Assembly: GCA_963833985.1 (NCBI GenBank)
Contig: CAWIAD010000002.1
Coordinates: 5,248,001 to 5,312,000 of the forward strand
Direction of reading: 5' to 3'
Length of the DNA stretch: 64,000 nucleotides
DNA from: an uncultured Planctomycetaceae bacterium
GTDB taxonomy: Bacteria > Planctomycetota > Planctomycetia > Isosphaerales > Isosphaeraceae
Under the pieces are notes generated by a model that saw nothing but the letters and a program-made list of their open reading frames with translations, was not told the origin of the DNA and made no database searches. Each line of letters begins with the position of its first letter. Position 1 is the stretch's first letter. The translations under genes were made by a program, and so were the position numbers. This document shows, in pieces, positions 9,686-21,325 of the stretch.

Positions 9686-12600
9686 TCACTCGTGGACCAC
9701 GCTCTCGACCTCGCGCAAGAAGCTGAGTGCTTCCTGGTCTCCGGCTCCCGGGGCTTCCTGCACCACGGCGCGGAGCTGGTCCAGCGCGGCCTGCGCGTCG
9801 GCGAAGCGCCCGAGCTTATGGCTGGCCATGGCCGAGACGGCCAGGTCGATGGGGAGAATCCGTCCGCGGCCCGAGATCGGCGCGGCATTGAGACGGGCAA
9901 CGAGCTGGAGGGCCTCGTCGGCGTGGCCCGCGCGATACAGCGCCAGCGCGAGGACGTGCAAGTATTCGGTCCGCCGCTGGGGATCCGCGGCCACCACCTG
10001 GCAAGCGGCTTCGATGCGCCGCAGTGCCTGGTTGTTCATTTCGGGGGTGCCCAGCGGTCGCAGGAGCGTCAGCCGCGAGGTTTCGAACAGCCTGTGAGCG
10101 TCCTCGCTGCGCCCGCGCGCAACCTCCTGCGCCGCATCGCGCAGGCGGGGATCAATCGTGGTATCCGGCTTCAGGGCCTCCATGACTTCCGACTTGAGCA
10201 TCCTCGCTTCGAAGAGGGACTGGACAAGCTCGACCGCGGCTTTCCTGCGCACCTGGTTCACCTCGGTGACTGGCGGCTCGGCACTCCACACCCGGGCCGT
10301 GCAGTCGATGCTTCCCGAGACGACCTGGTGGCCGTCGCGGCTGATGGCCAGGCTGACGACGCCGCTGGTATGGCCGCGGAGGGTGAAGACGTCGTCTCCG
10401 GTGCGGGGGTCCCAGAGCTTGAGCGTACGGTCATCGCTGGCCGTGGCCACGCGTGTGCCGTCAGGAAAGAAGGCCACGGCGGTGACCAGCCCGGTGTGTC
10501 CTTCCAGCCGGCGCAACAGGTCTCCCCGGGCGGCGTCCCAAATGAAGACCTCGGCGCCGGGCGTGCCGCGGTACTGGCCCCCGACCGAGGCCACCCAGCG
10601 GCCGTCGGGCGCGAAGGCCACGTCCCGGACGCCCGTCTTGTGGCCCCTCAACGTCATGAGCAACGCACCGCTCAGAGCGTTCCAGAGCATGACCTGCTGA
10701 TCTTCGCTGGCACTCGCCAGCCGTTGGCCGTCGGGTGAGAACGCCACGGCGTTCACGGCCGCGCGGTGGCCCGTGAGCTGGCGCTCCACTTTGCCGCTCG
10801 TCAGGTTCCAGAGCGTGATCGTGCCGTCGCCGCCGGCGGTGGCCAGCCGCAGTCCATCGGGCGTGCACGCGGCGCTCTGGATGGATGAAGGCGGCCGGGC
10901 CAGCTTGCGTTCCAGGTGTCCGGTATCGGCGTTCCAGAGGTTGATGCCGCCATCGGGCGACGAGGCAATGAGGAACCGGCCGTCGGGGCTGAAGACCAGT
11001 CCGATGCGGCCCATGAGCCCGCGCGGGCCGACGACGCTCCAGTGCTCCTCGCCGGTGCGCGGGTCCCAGACACGGAGATCTCCATCGTGTGCCGTGGCCA
11101 CGCGCTGGCCGTCAGGATGGAACGCGACGGTGCCTACCCAGCCGGAACCGTTGCGGAAGAGCACCTGCGTGTCGGGCGCAGCCGCGGGCCAGAGCTTGAT
11201 GGAGCCGTCCATGCCGCCGGAGGCGGCCTGGGCTCCGTCGGGGCTGAACGCCACGCAATGAACGAACCCCGTGTGGCCGTGAAACGAGGCCAGTGACCGG
11301 CCGCTGGCCACGTCCCAGAGCCGCAGGCCGCGATCCTCGCTGCACGAGATGAGCTGCTTGCCGTCGGGGCGGAACGCGAGCCCGCGCACGAATCCCCGGC
11401 TGCCCACGAAGCTGCGCACCAGCATGCCCGTGTTTCGGTCCCAGAGCCGGATGGCCCTGTCCCAGCCGCCCGAGGCGATCCAGCGGCCATCCGGGCTGAA
11501 GGCCACGGCGTAGACGAACTCCTGGTGGCCGCGGAGCTGCCGCGCGATCGCGTGGCTGGAGAGGTCCCAGATGTCGACCGTGCCGCGGCTGGTCAGGGCA
11601 AGCTGGCGGCCGTCGGGACTGAACGCCACGCAGGCAACACCGCCGGGGCCGCCGGGCACCTGGCCGCGCGCCTTCCCCGTGGCGGCGTCGCGCAGCCGGA
11701 CGTAGCCGATCGTCTCGTAGTTGTTGAAGCCTCCGCAGCCGCTGGCGATCGTCTTGCCGTCGGCAGAGTACGCCAGGCTGAGGATGTTCGTCTCAGGCTC
11801 GCTGGTGGTCCAGAGGACCTCGCCGGTGGCGGCATCGTGGCAGGTGAGCACCGCGGAGGCGGACGCGCCGGTGGTCCCCGTCCCCGCGACCACCCGCTTG
11901 CCGTCCGGACTGAACGCCACGGCCTGTACGGCGCCTTTCCAGCCGCGCCGGCTGAAGACCTCGCGGCCGGTCTCCACCTCGCGGACCGCGAGCGCGGCGG
12001 TCGCGGCCGACTGCGGCTGGTACCACGGACCCGAGCCCGAGACCAGCCGGCGGCCGTCGGGACTGAACGCCACGCTCCAGACGTCCTGGCGCTGGGCCCT
12101 GAGACTATTCACGAACGTGTCGAGCTCGAGATGGCCCAGCCTTTGAACATACGACCACTCCCAGTTGCGCAGGTTGATGGGGCAGCCGTAGAGTAGCTGT
12201 TCGGCCTGCCCGGCGTTATCATCGAGGAACTCGCGGTTCGCCAGGTTCACGCGACTGATGTAATCGCGGCGCCGCAGCGAATCGGCCCGCAGCATGGCCT
12301 CGTGCCTGAGGATGGTCGCCAGCTCACGCTCTTGCACGGCCGACTGGCGCTGCGCCTCGGTCTCACGCTGGGCGCGGCCCAGCAAAAGGACGCCCAGAGA
12401 GAGCCCGACCAGTGTCGCCAGCAGCAGCGCGGCCGCCCCGGCAACCAGTGGGCGATGCCCGCGGCCCCACCGCAGGACGCGCGCCGACGCGCGGTTCCCG
12501 GTACGCGCCGACCGGCTCGTCCCCCAGCCAGCGCTCGATGTCGGTGGCCAGGTCCTCGGCGGTTGCGTAGCGCTGCTCGGGGACCCTGGCCATGGCCTTC

Positions 12601-14036
12601 AGGCAGATGGACTCCAGGGCCCTGGGGACCCGCGGGTTGATCTGCCGAGGCGGTGCGAACTCGCCGTTCTTCACCCGCGCCAGCAGCGTCGTGACCTCGC
12701 ACCAGGCGTACTCGAAGGGCGGCCTGCCGCAGAGGAGCGTGTACAGCATGGCGCCCAGGCTATACACGTCGCTGGCCGGACCCAGCCGCTCCAGCAGGCC
12801 TTCCGCCTGCTCGGGGCTCATGAAAGCGGGAGTGCCAAACGCCGCACCGGCGACGGTCTCGGTGGAGCTGCTCTGAGCCAGCGGCGGAAGCACCCGCCCC
12901 GGCCTGCCGCGATCGCGTCCGTCCGCGTCGAGGCCGCGCTCCTCGGCCGTCGCATGCAACGGCCTGGCATCGCGGTGCAGCACCTTGGCCAGCCCCCAGT
13001 CGACGATCAGCGTCTCGTTATAGGGACCCAGAAGGACATTGGCCGGTTTCAGGTCGCGGTGCAGCACGCCCCGGCTGTGCGCGTAGGCCATCGTATGGCA
13101 GACGTTCACGAACCGGCCCAGCAAGTGGCGCAGCTCGAGTGCCCGCTCCCGAGGGTCTCCGCCATGCGCGCCCGAGCTTGCATGGAACCGCGTGATCGCT
13201 TCCTCCAGCGTGATGCCGTGAACGAAGCGCATGGCGTAGTAAGGATGACCCTGGTCATCATAGCCCAGGCCATACACCGGCACGATGCCGGGGTGTTCCA
13301 GCCGCCCGGTGACCTCGGCCTCGAGCAGGAACCGCGAACGGCTGTCGGGGTCGTCCGCGCTATCGGTCTTGATCTGCTTGAGCGCGACCTCGCGCTGGAG
13401 CTCACAGTCGAACGCGACCGAGACCACTCCGATGCCGCCCCGCGCGTGGGGGTGAAGCAACTGAAACCGATTGCCCAGCGCATGAGGCGCTCGCAGGGTC
13501 CATTCATAATCCTTCGCTTCCGCAGCCTCGTCCACACTGGCATCACCATTGCCGGCTTCCGGGTCGTCGCCGTCCTCATCAATCCCGGGGTCATCACCGG
13601 TGCGGCCGGCGGCGCTCACGCCGGCATTGAATTCTGGATCGGCCCGCCCGTTCGAGGGCCTGGCCCGGGGTTCGCCTCGCGCACCACGGTTGGCGACCCT
13701 TGGAGATACGGTGGAGTTCCGGCTTTCCAGCCCGGCAAGCCGGCGCTCCAGGTCGTGCCGCAGGCGGCCGAAGGCCGACAGCGCGTGCAGGCACTGCCGC
13801 AAGTTGCCGTCATGGCACGCCAGCAAGTCGCTGGCCAGCAGCTCCAGCAAGTCGGCGCGCTCGGCCGACAAGCCCGCACACCGCGTCAAGATCTTCGCCA
13901 GCGATGTTTCGTGCGAGGACTCGAGCGGCTGACCGCTCGTCTTGCGGGCCTGTTCCACCGACTGCCTGGTCACGAAGCCGAGATGGATGGCCAGGGCTTC
14001 GACCAGCAGATCATGGTCCACACGCGCGGTCGCCAC
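9686..14036 (-). CDS. Eukaryote-like Ser/Thr protein kinase with TM helix, 14 WD40 repeats and helical C-terminus (frameshift near 12485)
   Basis: HARGGIGVV, VALK, HRDLKPAN, DWG, GTPAFMSPE in ORF 12363-14036; 14 AFSPDG...LWD-type repeats in ORF 9686-12385. Confidence 0.9.
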
Positions 14037-14352
14037 TGTTTTCGACCTTCTTGCCTCACTCAGAAGGGAGACCCTGCCAGAGAGACGCTCAGGTAAGCGG
14101 CACTCTGATCAGGATCGGTCAAGACGAATGGATCGTACCACGGACGGGAGATTCCGTCCAAGTCTCCGGGCAACGGCCCGGTGGGTGCGGATTCCCCCTT
14201 CGGAATAACCCCATCCCGCCGGGCCGCCTTGACCGTCACAAGCCGCCTTCTTGTCATTGACGGCATGGCCGCTTTGGCTTACCATCCGCTGCCCGACTCG
14301 GCCGCGCCAGGAAGGCCCTTTCCGTTCACGTCCCGAGTACGAGTGGCCGAGC

Positions 14353-15690
14353 ATGACCGAGCCGAAGCCGCAATGGAACGCGATTGCGATCAAGCCGCCT
14401 GCGTTCTGGCGCGTGCTCGAACTCGCGCTGTTCCTGCGGTTGCTTGCCGCGCTCGGCGTGGAGTGGCTGGTGCGCCGGCGCGGGGGGATGCGAGTCTGCC
14501 TCTTCGACGACGCCGAGTACTACTGGATGCTCGCGAGCACCCTCCGCCAGGGGACGCCCTACCAGGTTGTGGAATGGGGAGACATTCCCCACTTCGCGCT
14601 GCGAACGCCCGGGTATCCCGCGTTCCTGGCGGCCTGCCAGGCCGCCTTCGGCGACCGCCCCTTTGCAGCCCGGCTGGTGCAGGCGGGGCTCGGGGCGTTG
14701 ACGGTCTGGCTGGTCCTTCGCTTGACGCGGGAAGTACTTGGCAACGCCACGGAACCGGCGGGCGGCGTCAGGTTCTGGACGCTGCCGCTCCTGGCCGCAC
14801 TGCTTGCCGCCATCCATCCTTACCTTGTCGTCATGTCGGCCCTGGTCCTCTCGGAAGCCGCATTCGTTCCGCTCATGCTTGCGGCGCTCTGGGGGATGGC
14901 CGTGGTCTGGAACCGGACAGAGACGGACTCGAAGGCGGTCGCCGGACGCAGGCGCACATGCGGAATCGCACTCGGCACTGGCGCGGTGTGCGGGATGGCG
15001 ATCCTCGTCCGGCCATCGTGGGCGCTGTTTGTTCCCGGAATGCTCGCTGTCTGGGCCGTGACCGTGCTGCGGTCGGGGGAATCATCCTTGCGGTCACGTC
15101 TGCTCGCAATCATTCGAACAGGGCTGATGCTCGTGCTCGGGCTCGTCCTGGTGCTGAGTCCGTGGTGGATACGCAATGAGCGGGTGTTCGGCAGCTTCGT
15201 GCCGACGGCTGTGTGGCTGGGGGCCAGCCTCTATGACGGGCTCAATCCGCGGGCCACGGGCGGCAGTGATATGAAGTTCCTGGAGGATCCCGAGCTCTGG
15301 CCGCTCGACGAGATCGACCAGGATCATGAGCTGACGCGGCGCGCGCTCCGGTTCGTGCGGAACGATCCCGGGCGCGCCTTGAAGCTGGCATGGGTGAAGC
15401 TGGGCCGTTTCTGGAGCCCCTGGCCGAACGCCGAGGGTTTCCGGTCGCCGGTTCTGGCCGTGCTCTGCGCGCTGACTGTGATACCCGCCATGGTCGCGGC
15501 GGGGTTCGGGCTCTGGCTCCGGCGGCACGATGCACGGGCCTGGGTACTGCTGGCGGGGCCGGTACTTTATTTCTGTGCACTGCATACCGTGTTCGCCAGC
15601 TCGATGCGTTACCGGGTTCCTGGAGAGCCGCCCGCACTGGGCCTGGCGGCGCTGGGGATGATCGCGATCACCAGGAGACTCAGCGGATGA
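14353..15690 (+). CDS. Membrane glycosyltransferase, GT-C fold (ArnT/PMT-like)
   Basis: Multi-TM; DDAEYY, RTPGYPAFLA, LSEAAF, PWWIRN, RYRVP motifs. Confidence 0.75.
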   Translation: MTEPKPQWNAIAIKPPAFWRVLELALFLRLLAALGVEWLVRRRGGMRVCLFDDAEYYWMLASTLRQGTPYQVVEWGDIPHFALRTPGYPAFLAACQAAFGDRPFAARLVQAGLGALTVWLVLRLTREVLGNATEPAGGVRFWTLPLLAALLAAIHPYLVVMSALVLSEAAFVPLMLAALWGMAVVWNRTETDSKAVAGRRRTCGIALGTGAVCGMAILVRPSWALFVPGMLAVWAVTVLRSGESSLRSRLLAIIRTGLMLVLGLVLVLSPWWIRNERVFGSFVPTAVWLGASLYDGLNPRATGGSDMKFLEDPELWPLDEIDQDHELTRRALRFVRNDPGRALKLAWVKLGRFWSPWPNAEGFRSPVLAVLCALTVIPAMVAAGFGLWLRRHDARAWVLLAGPVLYFCALHTVFASSMRYRVPGEPPALGLAALGMIAITRRLSG

Positions 15691-18600
15691 GACTGCGGCT
15701 GCGCCTGAGGCGAAAGCTGGCGAGGATTCTCCTCCTGGGCCTGGTCCTGATGCTGCTGCTCATGTCCGGAGGGGCCTGGTTCGTGTACGCGCTGCTGACC
15801 GATAGCGACTTCGCCGCGCGGTTGATCCGTGCCAAGGCCGCACTGTACCTGCCGCACGCCATCGTGCAGATGGGCAGAGTGAACGTCGGCATCTTGAAGG
15901 GGGAAGTGACGGTCAGCCATTTTCAAGTGATGCAGCGGATCGACGGCCGATCGTTCCTCACGGCTCGGGTCCCCTGGCTCAGCGTCCGCCTTGATCCGCG
16001 GCAGGTTCTGCACAGGCAGTTCGTGCCCCGCGAGGTGACAGTCAGCCAGCCCACGCTCCGCCTATGCAGGCGCGGCGACGGCACATGGAACCTGCAAGGG
16101 TTCGTCGCCGATCCATGGCCCGGACCGATGATCAAGAATCCGCCGCCAATCGTGATCCGCAACGGCACGATCGAGCTGGTCAGCGATGCGGAGTCAAACG
16201 AAGCAACGGTGAGCGCGGCGACAGCCCAGGCAAGGCCGGCGCACGGCTTCGCGGCCATTCGCGACGCCAACCTGGTGCGAACGCGGGGCGTTCCTTCCCG
16301 GCCGCGAACGGTGCCGGTTACGAACGCGCCGCCGGCTGCCAGCCCGATCTCTGATGAGGGCGTGGCGATCTTGCGCGACGTCTCGATGCGGATCGAGGCG
16401 GTCCCGGATGGACGGCTGCGGTTTGAAGGCTCGGCGCGGGGCGACCTCTTCGAACGCCTGGCGCTCGAGGGCTTCATCGATCCCAATACCGGCGAGACGA
16501 CCCTGAGTGGGCAGCTTTCCGGGTTGACCCTCTCGGAGAACCTGTACCGGCGGCTGCCGCCGGAGATCCGCCCGGCGTACGACTCGCTGGGGTTGAACCG
16601 GGGCGAGATCGATCTGGAGCTGCGCCGCCTGGCCATCCACCCCGCGGCGCCGATCGACCGCAGGTTTGATTACGACATGATCGCACGGCTCCACGGCGGC
16701 GTCTGGGAATGCCCCAAGCTTCCGTTCCCCGTCAACGACATGGTCGCGGTTGTGGCGATCACCAATGATCTGGTGTCGATCAAGCATGCGGGGGGGATCA
16801 ACGGCAACACGATCCTCAGGGCCAGCGGCTCGCTGACGCCGGGACGAGCCTCATGCTGCCTCTTCGATCTCCGGCTGGACCTGCTCCAGCTCGTGCTGGA
16901 TGAGCGGCTCCAGGAGCGGACTCCGCCCGAGTTTGCCGAGCTCTGGGAGCTGTTCAGGCCGCGCGGCGTGGTGGATGCCAGGCTGCATGTCACGCGTCGC
17001 GAACAGAACAGCCCGGTGACCGTCGGCGCCGAGGTGTTGTGCCGCGACGTGGCGGCCCTCTATCGCGCGTTTCCTTACCCCGTGGAGCACATGCGCGGAA
17101 GTCTGGTGCTGGAGAACCAGCGTCTTGTCGTGGATCTCCACGGGCTCATCGGCGAGCGCCCGGCGCTGCTCCGGGGAACCATCGACAACCCCGGACCGGA
17201 TGCGGTGGTGCAGCTCGGCGTCGAGGCTGAGTCCGTCCCGATCGATCCCGCGTTCCTCAAAGCCCTGCCGCCGGACGTGCGCAAGGTCGTCGATCAGTTC
17301 CGGCCGGCCGGGTCGGTCAAGGCGGCCGTCCGCATCGTGCGGACCCCCATGGTTGGGCCGATGGCCAGGCCCGAAGGGAACGTGCTGATCGATGCCAACC
17401 TCGACCTCAACCCGCGGTGCGAGATCACCTGGGCCGGCCTGCCCTACCCCATTCGCAACCTCACCGGACGGCTCGAGCTGCACCCGGACCTCTGGGAGTT
17501 CAAGAACATGCGGGGCGGCAACGGCCAGGCCACCGTCCGCGGGAACGGCCGCGTTGCGAAGCTGATCGCTCCCAACCTTCCCAGCGGCGAACCCCCACTC
17601 CAGATCGACCTGAAGGTCCTGGCCCAGAACCTGCCCTTCAACGAAGACCTGCGCAAGGCGCTTCAGCCCGCCTGGCAGAAGACCTGGTCGATCATCAACC
17701 CGACCGGCGCCAGCGACGTCGAGGCCAGCATCCACGTCATGCCGGGCCGGGCCGACGTGAATCACATCACGATCGTGCCCCGTCGCGACTCGGGCGTGAA
17801 GCTGCAAATCGAGCGCACGCCCCAGCCGGGCATCGACCCCGGCGGCACTCTCGAGCTTCGCATGGAAAACGTCCAGGGCCGGTTTGACTTCGACAACGGC
17901 AAGGTGGCCATGAGCGATGTCGGCTTCCTGTTCCACGGCGCGCCGGTGCAGTTTGGCTCGGGTGACGTGATGGTCGAGGACAGCGGCCGGTTCGACCTTG
18001 CGGTGCGCGACCTCTGGATCAAGGAGATCCGGCTCGATTCCAGCTTCCGGGCCATCATGCCCCCGCTCATGGCCCAGTTCGCGCTGCGGCTGGACGATGG
18101 CCGGCCATTCACGGCACGCGGCAACCTTCAGATTGGCTGGTCCGGTGTCCTGGGCGAACCGGCCTGGTGCCGCTGGGACAACACCCGCGTGGTCTTCATC
18201 GATAACACGCTCAAGGCCGGAATTCCACTGGAGCACATCCAGGGCCAGCTGGAATATGTTCAGGGCTGGTCCGACGGCCGGACTCTCGAAGTTCACGGCA
18301 ACGTGAAGCTGGAAAGCGTGACTCTGCTGGGACAGCAGATCCTCTTTCTCGGATCCCCGTTTCATCTCAAGAAAGGATCGGCCCGGCTTGACAACCTGGC
18401 GGGCCAGTTGCTCAAGGGGCGGCTCGAGGGCAACGGCATGATCACCCTGGACACAACCCCGAAGTACAGCGTCTCGCTGCGGCTGGCCGGAGCGCAGCTC
18501 GAAGAATACGCGCGCACGCTGCCGGGCCGGCAATCGTACCGCGGCTCGCTCGAGGCGGCTCTCGAGCTCAGCGGCCTGGGCAGCGATATCCGCAGCGTGC

Positions 18601-19046
18601 AGGGCAAGGGCGAGGCGCACATCACCCAGGGAGACCTCGGCCAGTTGCCCGTGGCCCTGCGGTTCATCAACTTTCTCAACAGCAGGCTGTCGCTGTTCGA
18701 CTCGCCGCTGGCCTCGGGCAAGACCGCGTTCGACGCCGCGGACGTGATCTTTCGCATCGACCACGGCACGGCGATCCTCGACCCGATCAAGCTCACCGGC
18801 AGCGCCGTCAGCTTGCAGGGAAGCGGCACGCGCGACCCTCTGGGCAACCTGGATATCCAGCTGCGCGTGCTCTACGGCCGCGACCGCTACCATTTGCCGA
18901 TCGTCAGCGACCTGATGCGCGAGGCCAGCGGCCAGTTGTTCATCATTCACGTTCAGGGGCCGTCGTCCGACCCCCGGTTCCGGGCCGAGACGCTCCCCCA
19001 GGTTCGCAAGCTGGGTGTGAGGCGGTCGCAGCGCAACCCCGAATGA
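15687..19046 (+). CDS. AsmA-like / TamB-like envelope protein
   Basis: N-terminal TM anchor, long beta-rich body with repeated PYP..L.G segments, AsmA-like C-terminus (AFDAADVIFRI...LQGSGT...LDI); ATG overlaps upstream stop. Confidence 0.7.
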   Translation: MRLRLRLRRKLARILLLGLVLMLLLMSGGAWFVYALLTDSDFAARLIRAKAALYLPHAIVQMGRVNVGILKGEVTVSHFQVMQRIDGRSFLTARVPWLSVRLDPRQVLHRQFVPREVTVSQPTLRLCRRGDGTWNLQGFVADPWPGPMIKNPPPIVIRNGTIELVSDAESNEATVSAATAQARPAHGFAAIRDANLVRTRGVPSRPRTVPVTNAPPAASPISDEGVAILRDVSMRIEAVPDGRLRFEGSARGDLFERLALEGFIDPNTGETTLSGQLSGLTLSENLYRRLPPEIRPAYDSLGLNRGEIDLELRRLAIHPAAPIDRRFDYDMIARLHGGVWECPKLPFPVNDMVAVVAITNDLVSIKHAGGINGNTILRASGSLTPGRASCCLFDLRLDLLQLVLDERLQERTPPEFAELWELFRPRGVVDARLHVTRREQNSPVTVGAEVLCRDVAALYRAFPYPVEHMRGSLVLENQRLVVDLHGLIGERPALLRGTIDNPGPDAVVQLGVEAESVPIDPAFLKALPPDVRKVVDQFRPAGSVKAAVRIVRTPMVGPMARPEGNVLIDANLDLNPRCEITWAGLPYPIRNLTGRLELHPDLWEFKNMRGGNGQATVRGNGRVAKLIAPNLPSGEPPLQIDLKVLAQNLPFNEDLRKALQPAWQKTWSIINPTGASDVEASIHVMPGRADVNHITIVPRRDSGVKLQIERTPQPGIDPGGTLELRMENVQGRFDFDNGKVAMSDVGFLFHGAPVQFGSGDVMVEDSGRFDLAVRDLWIKEIRLDSSFRAIMPPLMAQFALRLDDGRPFTARGNLQIGWSGVLGEPAWCRWDNTRVVFIDNTLKAGIPLEHIQGQLEYVQGWSDGRTLEVHGNVKLESVTLLGQQILFLGSPFHLKKGSARLDNLAGQLLKGRLEGNGMITLDTTPKYSVSLRLAGAQLEEYARTLPGRQSYRGSLEAALELSGLGSDIRSVQGKGEAHITQGDLGQLPVALRFINFLNSRLSLFDSPLASGKTAFDAADVIFRIDHGTAILDPIKLTGSAVSLQGSGTRDPLGNLDIQLRVLYGRDRYHLPIVSDLMREASGQLFIIHVQGPSSDPRFRAETLPQVRKLGVRRSQRNPE

Positions 19047-19058
19047 CGGCACCGCGAG

Positions 19059-20579
19059 TCACCTCGTCGAACGGACCGCGAGATCCGCGGAGTCCGCCAT
19101 GACGGGGTCCATCGCATCGGCCGGCTCGGCGGCCAGCGGCAGCCTGAGCGAGAAGCAACTCCCCTTGCCCGCCTCGCTGGAGACGCCGATCGCGCCACCG
19201 AACGACCGTGCCAGCCTGCCGGCGACAGCAAGGCCCAGGCCCAGGCCCGGTGCGCCCCGCCGCCGGGCGGCCGGAGATCGGTAAAAGGGCTCGAACAAGA
19301 GTGCCAGCTCATCGGCCGCGATGCCGATGCCGCGGTCCTCGACGCGGAGCAGGACGTCACCGCCATCATGCTCCAGCCGCACCACGATCGGCGTTCCGGG
19401 CTCGCTGTACCGCGCAGCATTGTCCAGCAGGTTGTTGACCAGCTCGGCCAGGAGTGCGGGCTGCACGCGTACCGGCAACGGTTCCTCGGCCGCACCACAT
19501 TCCAGGCGCAGGTCGCAGCCTCGGCCCGTCTCCTGCCAGGAGGTCAGGTGATCGCGCAGCCAGGCGGCCAGGTTGATCACCTCCAGCAAGGGAGCCAGCA
19601 TCTCGTTATCGGCGCGGGCCAGGAAGAGCAGCGACTCCACGATCTGCCGCAGGTGACGGGTCTGCCGTGCCACCACCTGGAGCACGCGCTGATACTCGGC
19701 GACGTCGCGGGGTTGCCGCAGCGCCAGGTCGACCTGCCCGAGGATTGCGGTTAGCGGCGTTCGCAACTGGTGCGACGCGTCGCCGGTGAACCGCCGCTGG
19801 CGCTCGAAGGATTCTTGCAGACGGCCCAGCAGCGAGTTGATCGACTGGCCCAGCTCTTGAAGCTCGTCACCGGTGTGCGGTACCGGCAAGCGCTCCTCGA
19901 TCGCGTCGCCGCCAATCGCATGAGCCGCCTGGGCCATGGCCGAGAGCGGCCGCAGGGCCCGCCGGCAGAGCCGCTGGCCGCAGATCAGGGCCAGCGTCCA
20001 GACGGCCAGCGACAGGCACGAAAGAACGATGGCCAGGTTCCGCAGCGTCTGCTGCACGCCTTCCAGCGAGACGGCGGCATCGAGCGTTAACCGGGAATGG
20101 AACGCAGAGCGCCGGCCATGATCCGCGGGCAAGGTATCGACGCGCCCGGGAGATTCCAGAACGCGCTGCATGGCCCGCCACGAGACTCCGCGGTCGTCGT
20201 GGACCGTTCGCGGACGCCGGCTCGCAGGGCCCGCGGTGGTAGGCTCCGGAAGGCCGGAGAAGTCCGCCGCGGAGCCGTCGAGCCGCTGGCCGTGCTCGTC
20301 TGTGACCTGCCAGGTGAACGGGCCCTCGAGCGTGTGACGGCCAAACGAGAGCGTGCGCTCTTGCGGCTCCCATTCGACCCCCCTGGAGCTGACCTCGGTG
20401 GCAGCCGCCAGGGTGCCAATGACGGCCTCGAGCCGCTCATCAATCTGGCGGTGAAGATAGCGCGCGGCCAGCGAGTACAGCGCGCAGGAGAATCCCGCGA
20501 GCACGATCGCCAGTGCGGCAGTGAAGAACAAGAGCAATCGCGTGCTCAGCTTCATGGATGAGCGTGAAATCAGGATCAT
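19059..20579 (-). CDS. Two-component sensor histidine kinase (HAMP-HisKA-HATPase)
   Basis: Two TM helices; FTGDASHQLRTPL H-box; NLLDNAARYS, DRGIGI, FEPFYR, GLGLGLA boxes. Confidence 0.93.
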   Translation of the reverse strand: MILISRSSMKLSTRLLLFFTAALAIVLAGFSCALYSLAARYLHRQIDERLEAVIGTLAAATEVSSRGVEWEPQERTLSFGRHTLEGPFTWQVTDEHGQRLDGSAADFSGLPEPTTAGPASRRPRTVHDDRGVSWRAMQRVLESPGRVDTLPADHGRRSAFHSRLTLDAAVSLEGVQQTLRNLAIVLSCLSLAVWTLALICGQRLCRRALRPLSAMAQAAHAIGGDAIEERLPVPHTGDELQELGQSINSLLGRLQESFERQRRFTGDASHQLRTPLTAILGQVDLALRQPRDVAEYQRVLQVVARQTRHLRQIVESLLFLARADNEMLAPLLEVINLAAWLRDHLTSWQETGRGCDLRLECGAAEEPLPVRVQPALLAELVNNLLDNAARYSEPGTPIVVRLEHDGGDVLLRVEDRGIGIAADELALLFEPFYRSPAARRRGAPGLGLGLAVAGRLARSFGGAIGVSSEAGKGSCFSLRLPLAAEPADAMDPVMADSADLAVRSTR

Positions 20580-21274
20580 GAGACACTCTCAGGGTGATCG
20601 CCAGCGCCAAAGCGGTAGCCGCGGCCGCGCAGGGTGTGGATGAGCCGCGGACCGTGGGCTTCCAGCTTGCGCCGCACCTCCATGACATGGTACTCCAGCG
20701 TGTTCGACAACCCCACGTAGCGCTCGTCCCAGACATGGTCGTAAATCCGCGTCCGCGAGAGCACCTCGTCAGGATGCCGCATGAAGAAGACGAGCAGGGC
20801 CTGCTCCTTGGCGGTGAGCTCCAGCCGCTTGCCTGCGCGTTCGACGCGATGGGTGGCCAGATCCACGCTCAGATCGCCATAGGAGAGCACATTTCCCGAA
20901 CGCTTCCCCGGCCGCCTGGTGAGCGCACGCACGCGGGCCAGCAGCTCGTCATAATCGAACGGCTTGCAGAGATAATCGTCGGCACCGCAGTTCAGCCCGC
21001 GTACCCGGTCAGAGACCGCGTCGCGGGCCGTGAGGAAGAGCACGGGGTCATCATGACCGGCCTGGCGGAACCGCATGAGCAACGTCAGGCCGTCGGGCCC
21101 CGGCAGCCACCAGTCGAGCACCACCAGGTCCCAGGGTCCCTGGTGCTGAAGGGCATGCCAGCCATCGTCGCCGGTGGCAGCCAGCTCGACTGTGAACCCT
21201 TCCTCACGGAGCCCGCGCACGATGAAATCCGCAATCTCTTCTTCGTCCTCGATCACCAGCACGCGGATTCCCAT
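20576..21274 (-). CDS. OmpR-family response regulator (CusR/CzcR-like)
   Basis: VLVIEDE, LDWWLPGPDG, FLTARD, GADDYLCKPF, winged helix ending IHTLRGRGY. Confidence 0.93.
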   Translation of the reverse strand: MGIRVLVIEDEEEIADFIVRGLREEGFTVELAATGDDGWHALQHQGPWDLVVLDWWLPGPDGLTLLMRFRQAGHDDPVLFLTARDAVSDRVRGLNCGADDYLCKPFDYDELLARVRALTRRPGKRSGNVLSYGDLSVDLATHRVERAGKRLELTAKEQALLVFFMRHPDEVLSRTRIYDHVWDERYVGLSNTLEYHVMEVRRKLEAHGPRLIHTLRGRGYRFGAGDHPESVS

Positions 21275-21325
21275 CAGTCTGCCCCGATCAAAGGGTGTGA
21301 GCCAGGACTCCACCTGGCGCCCGGG

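Noticed and set aside
14060..14115. GGAGA...CTCAGG resembling a glycine riboswitch
   Set aside because: The CCGAAG core and stem arrangement are missing, and the neighbouring genes are unrelated to glycine metabolism.
16851..19052. Long antisense and alternative-frame ORFs (e.g. 733 aa here; also 26687-28609, 54178-56301, 12294-14096)
   Set aside because: They shadow well-supported genes on the opposite strand and have no recognisable motifs; this is expected from high-GC codon bias.
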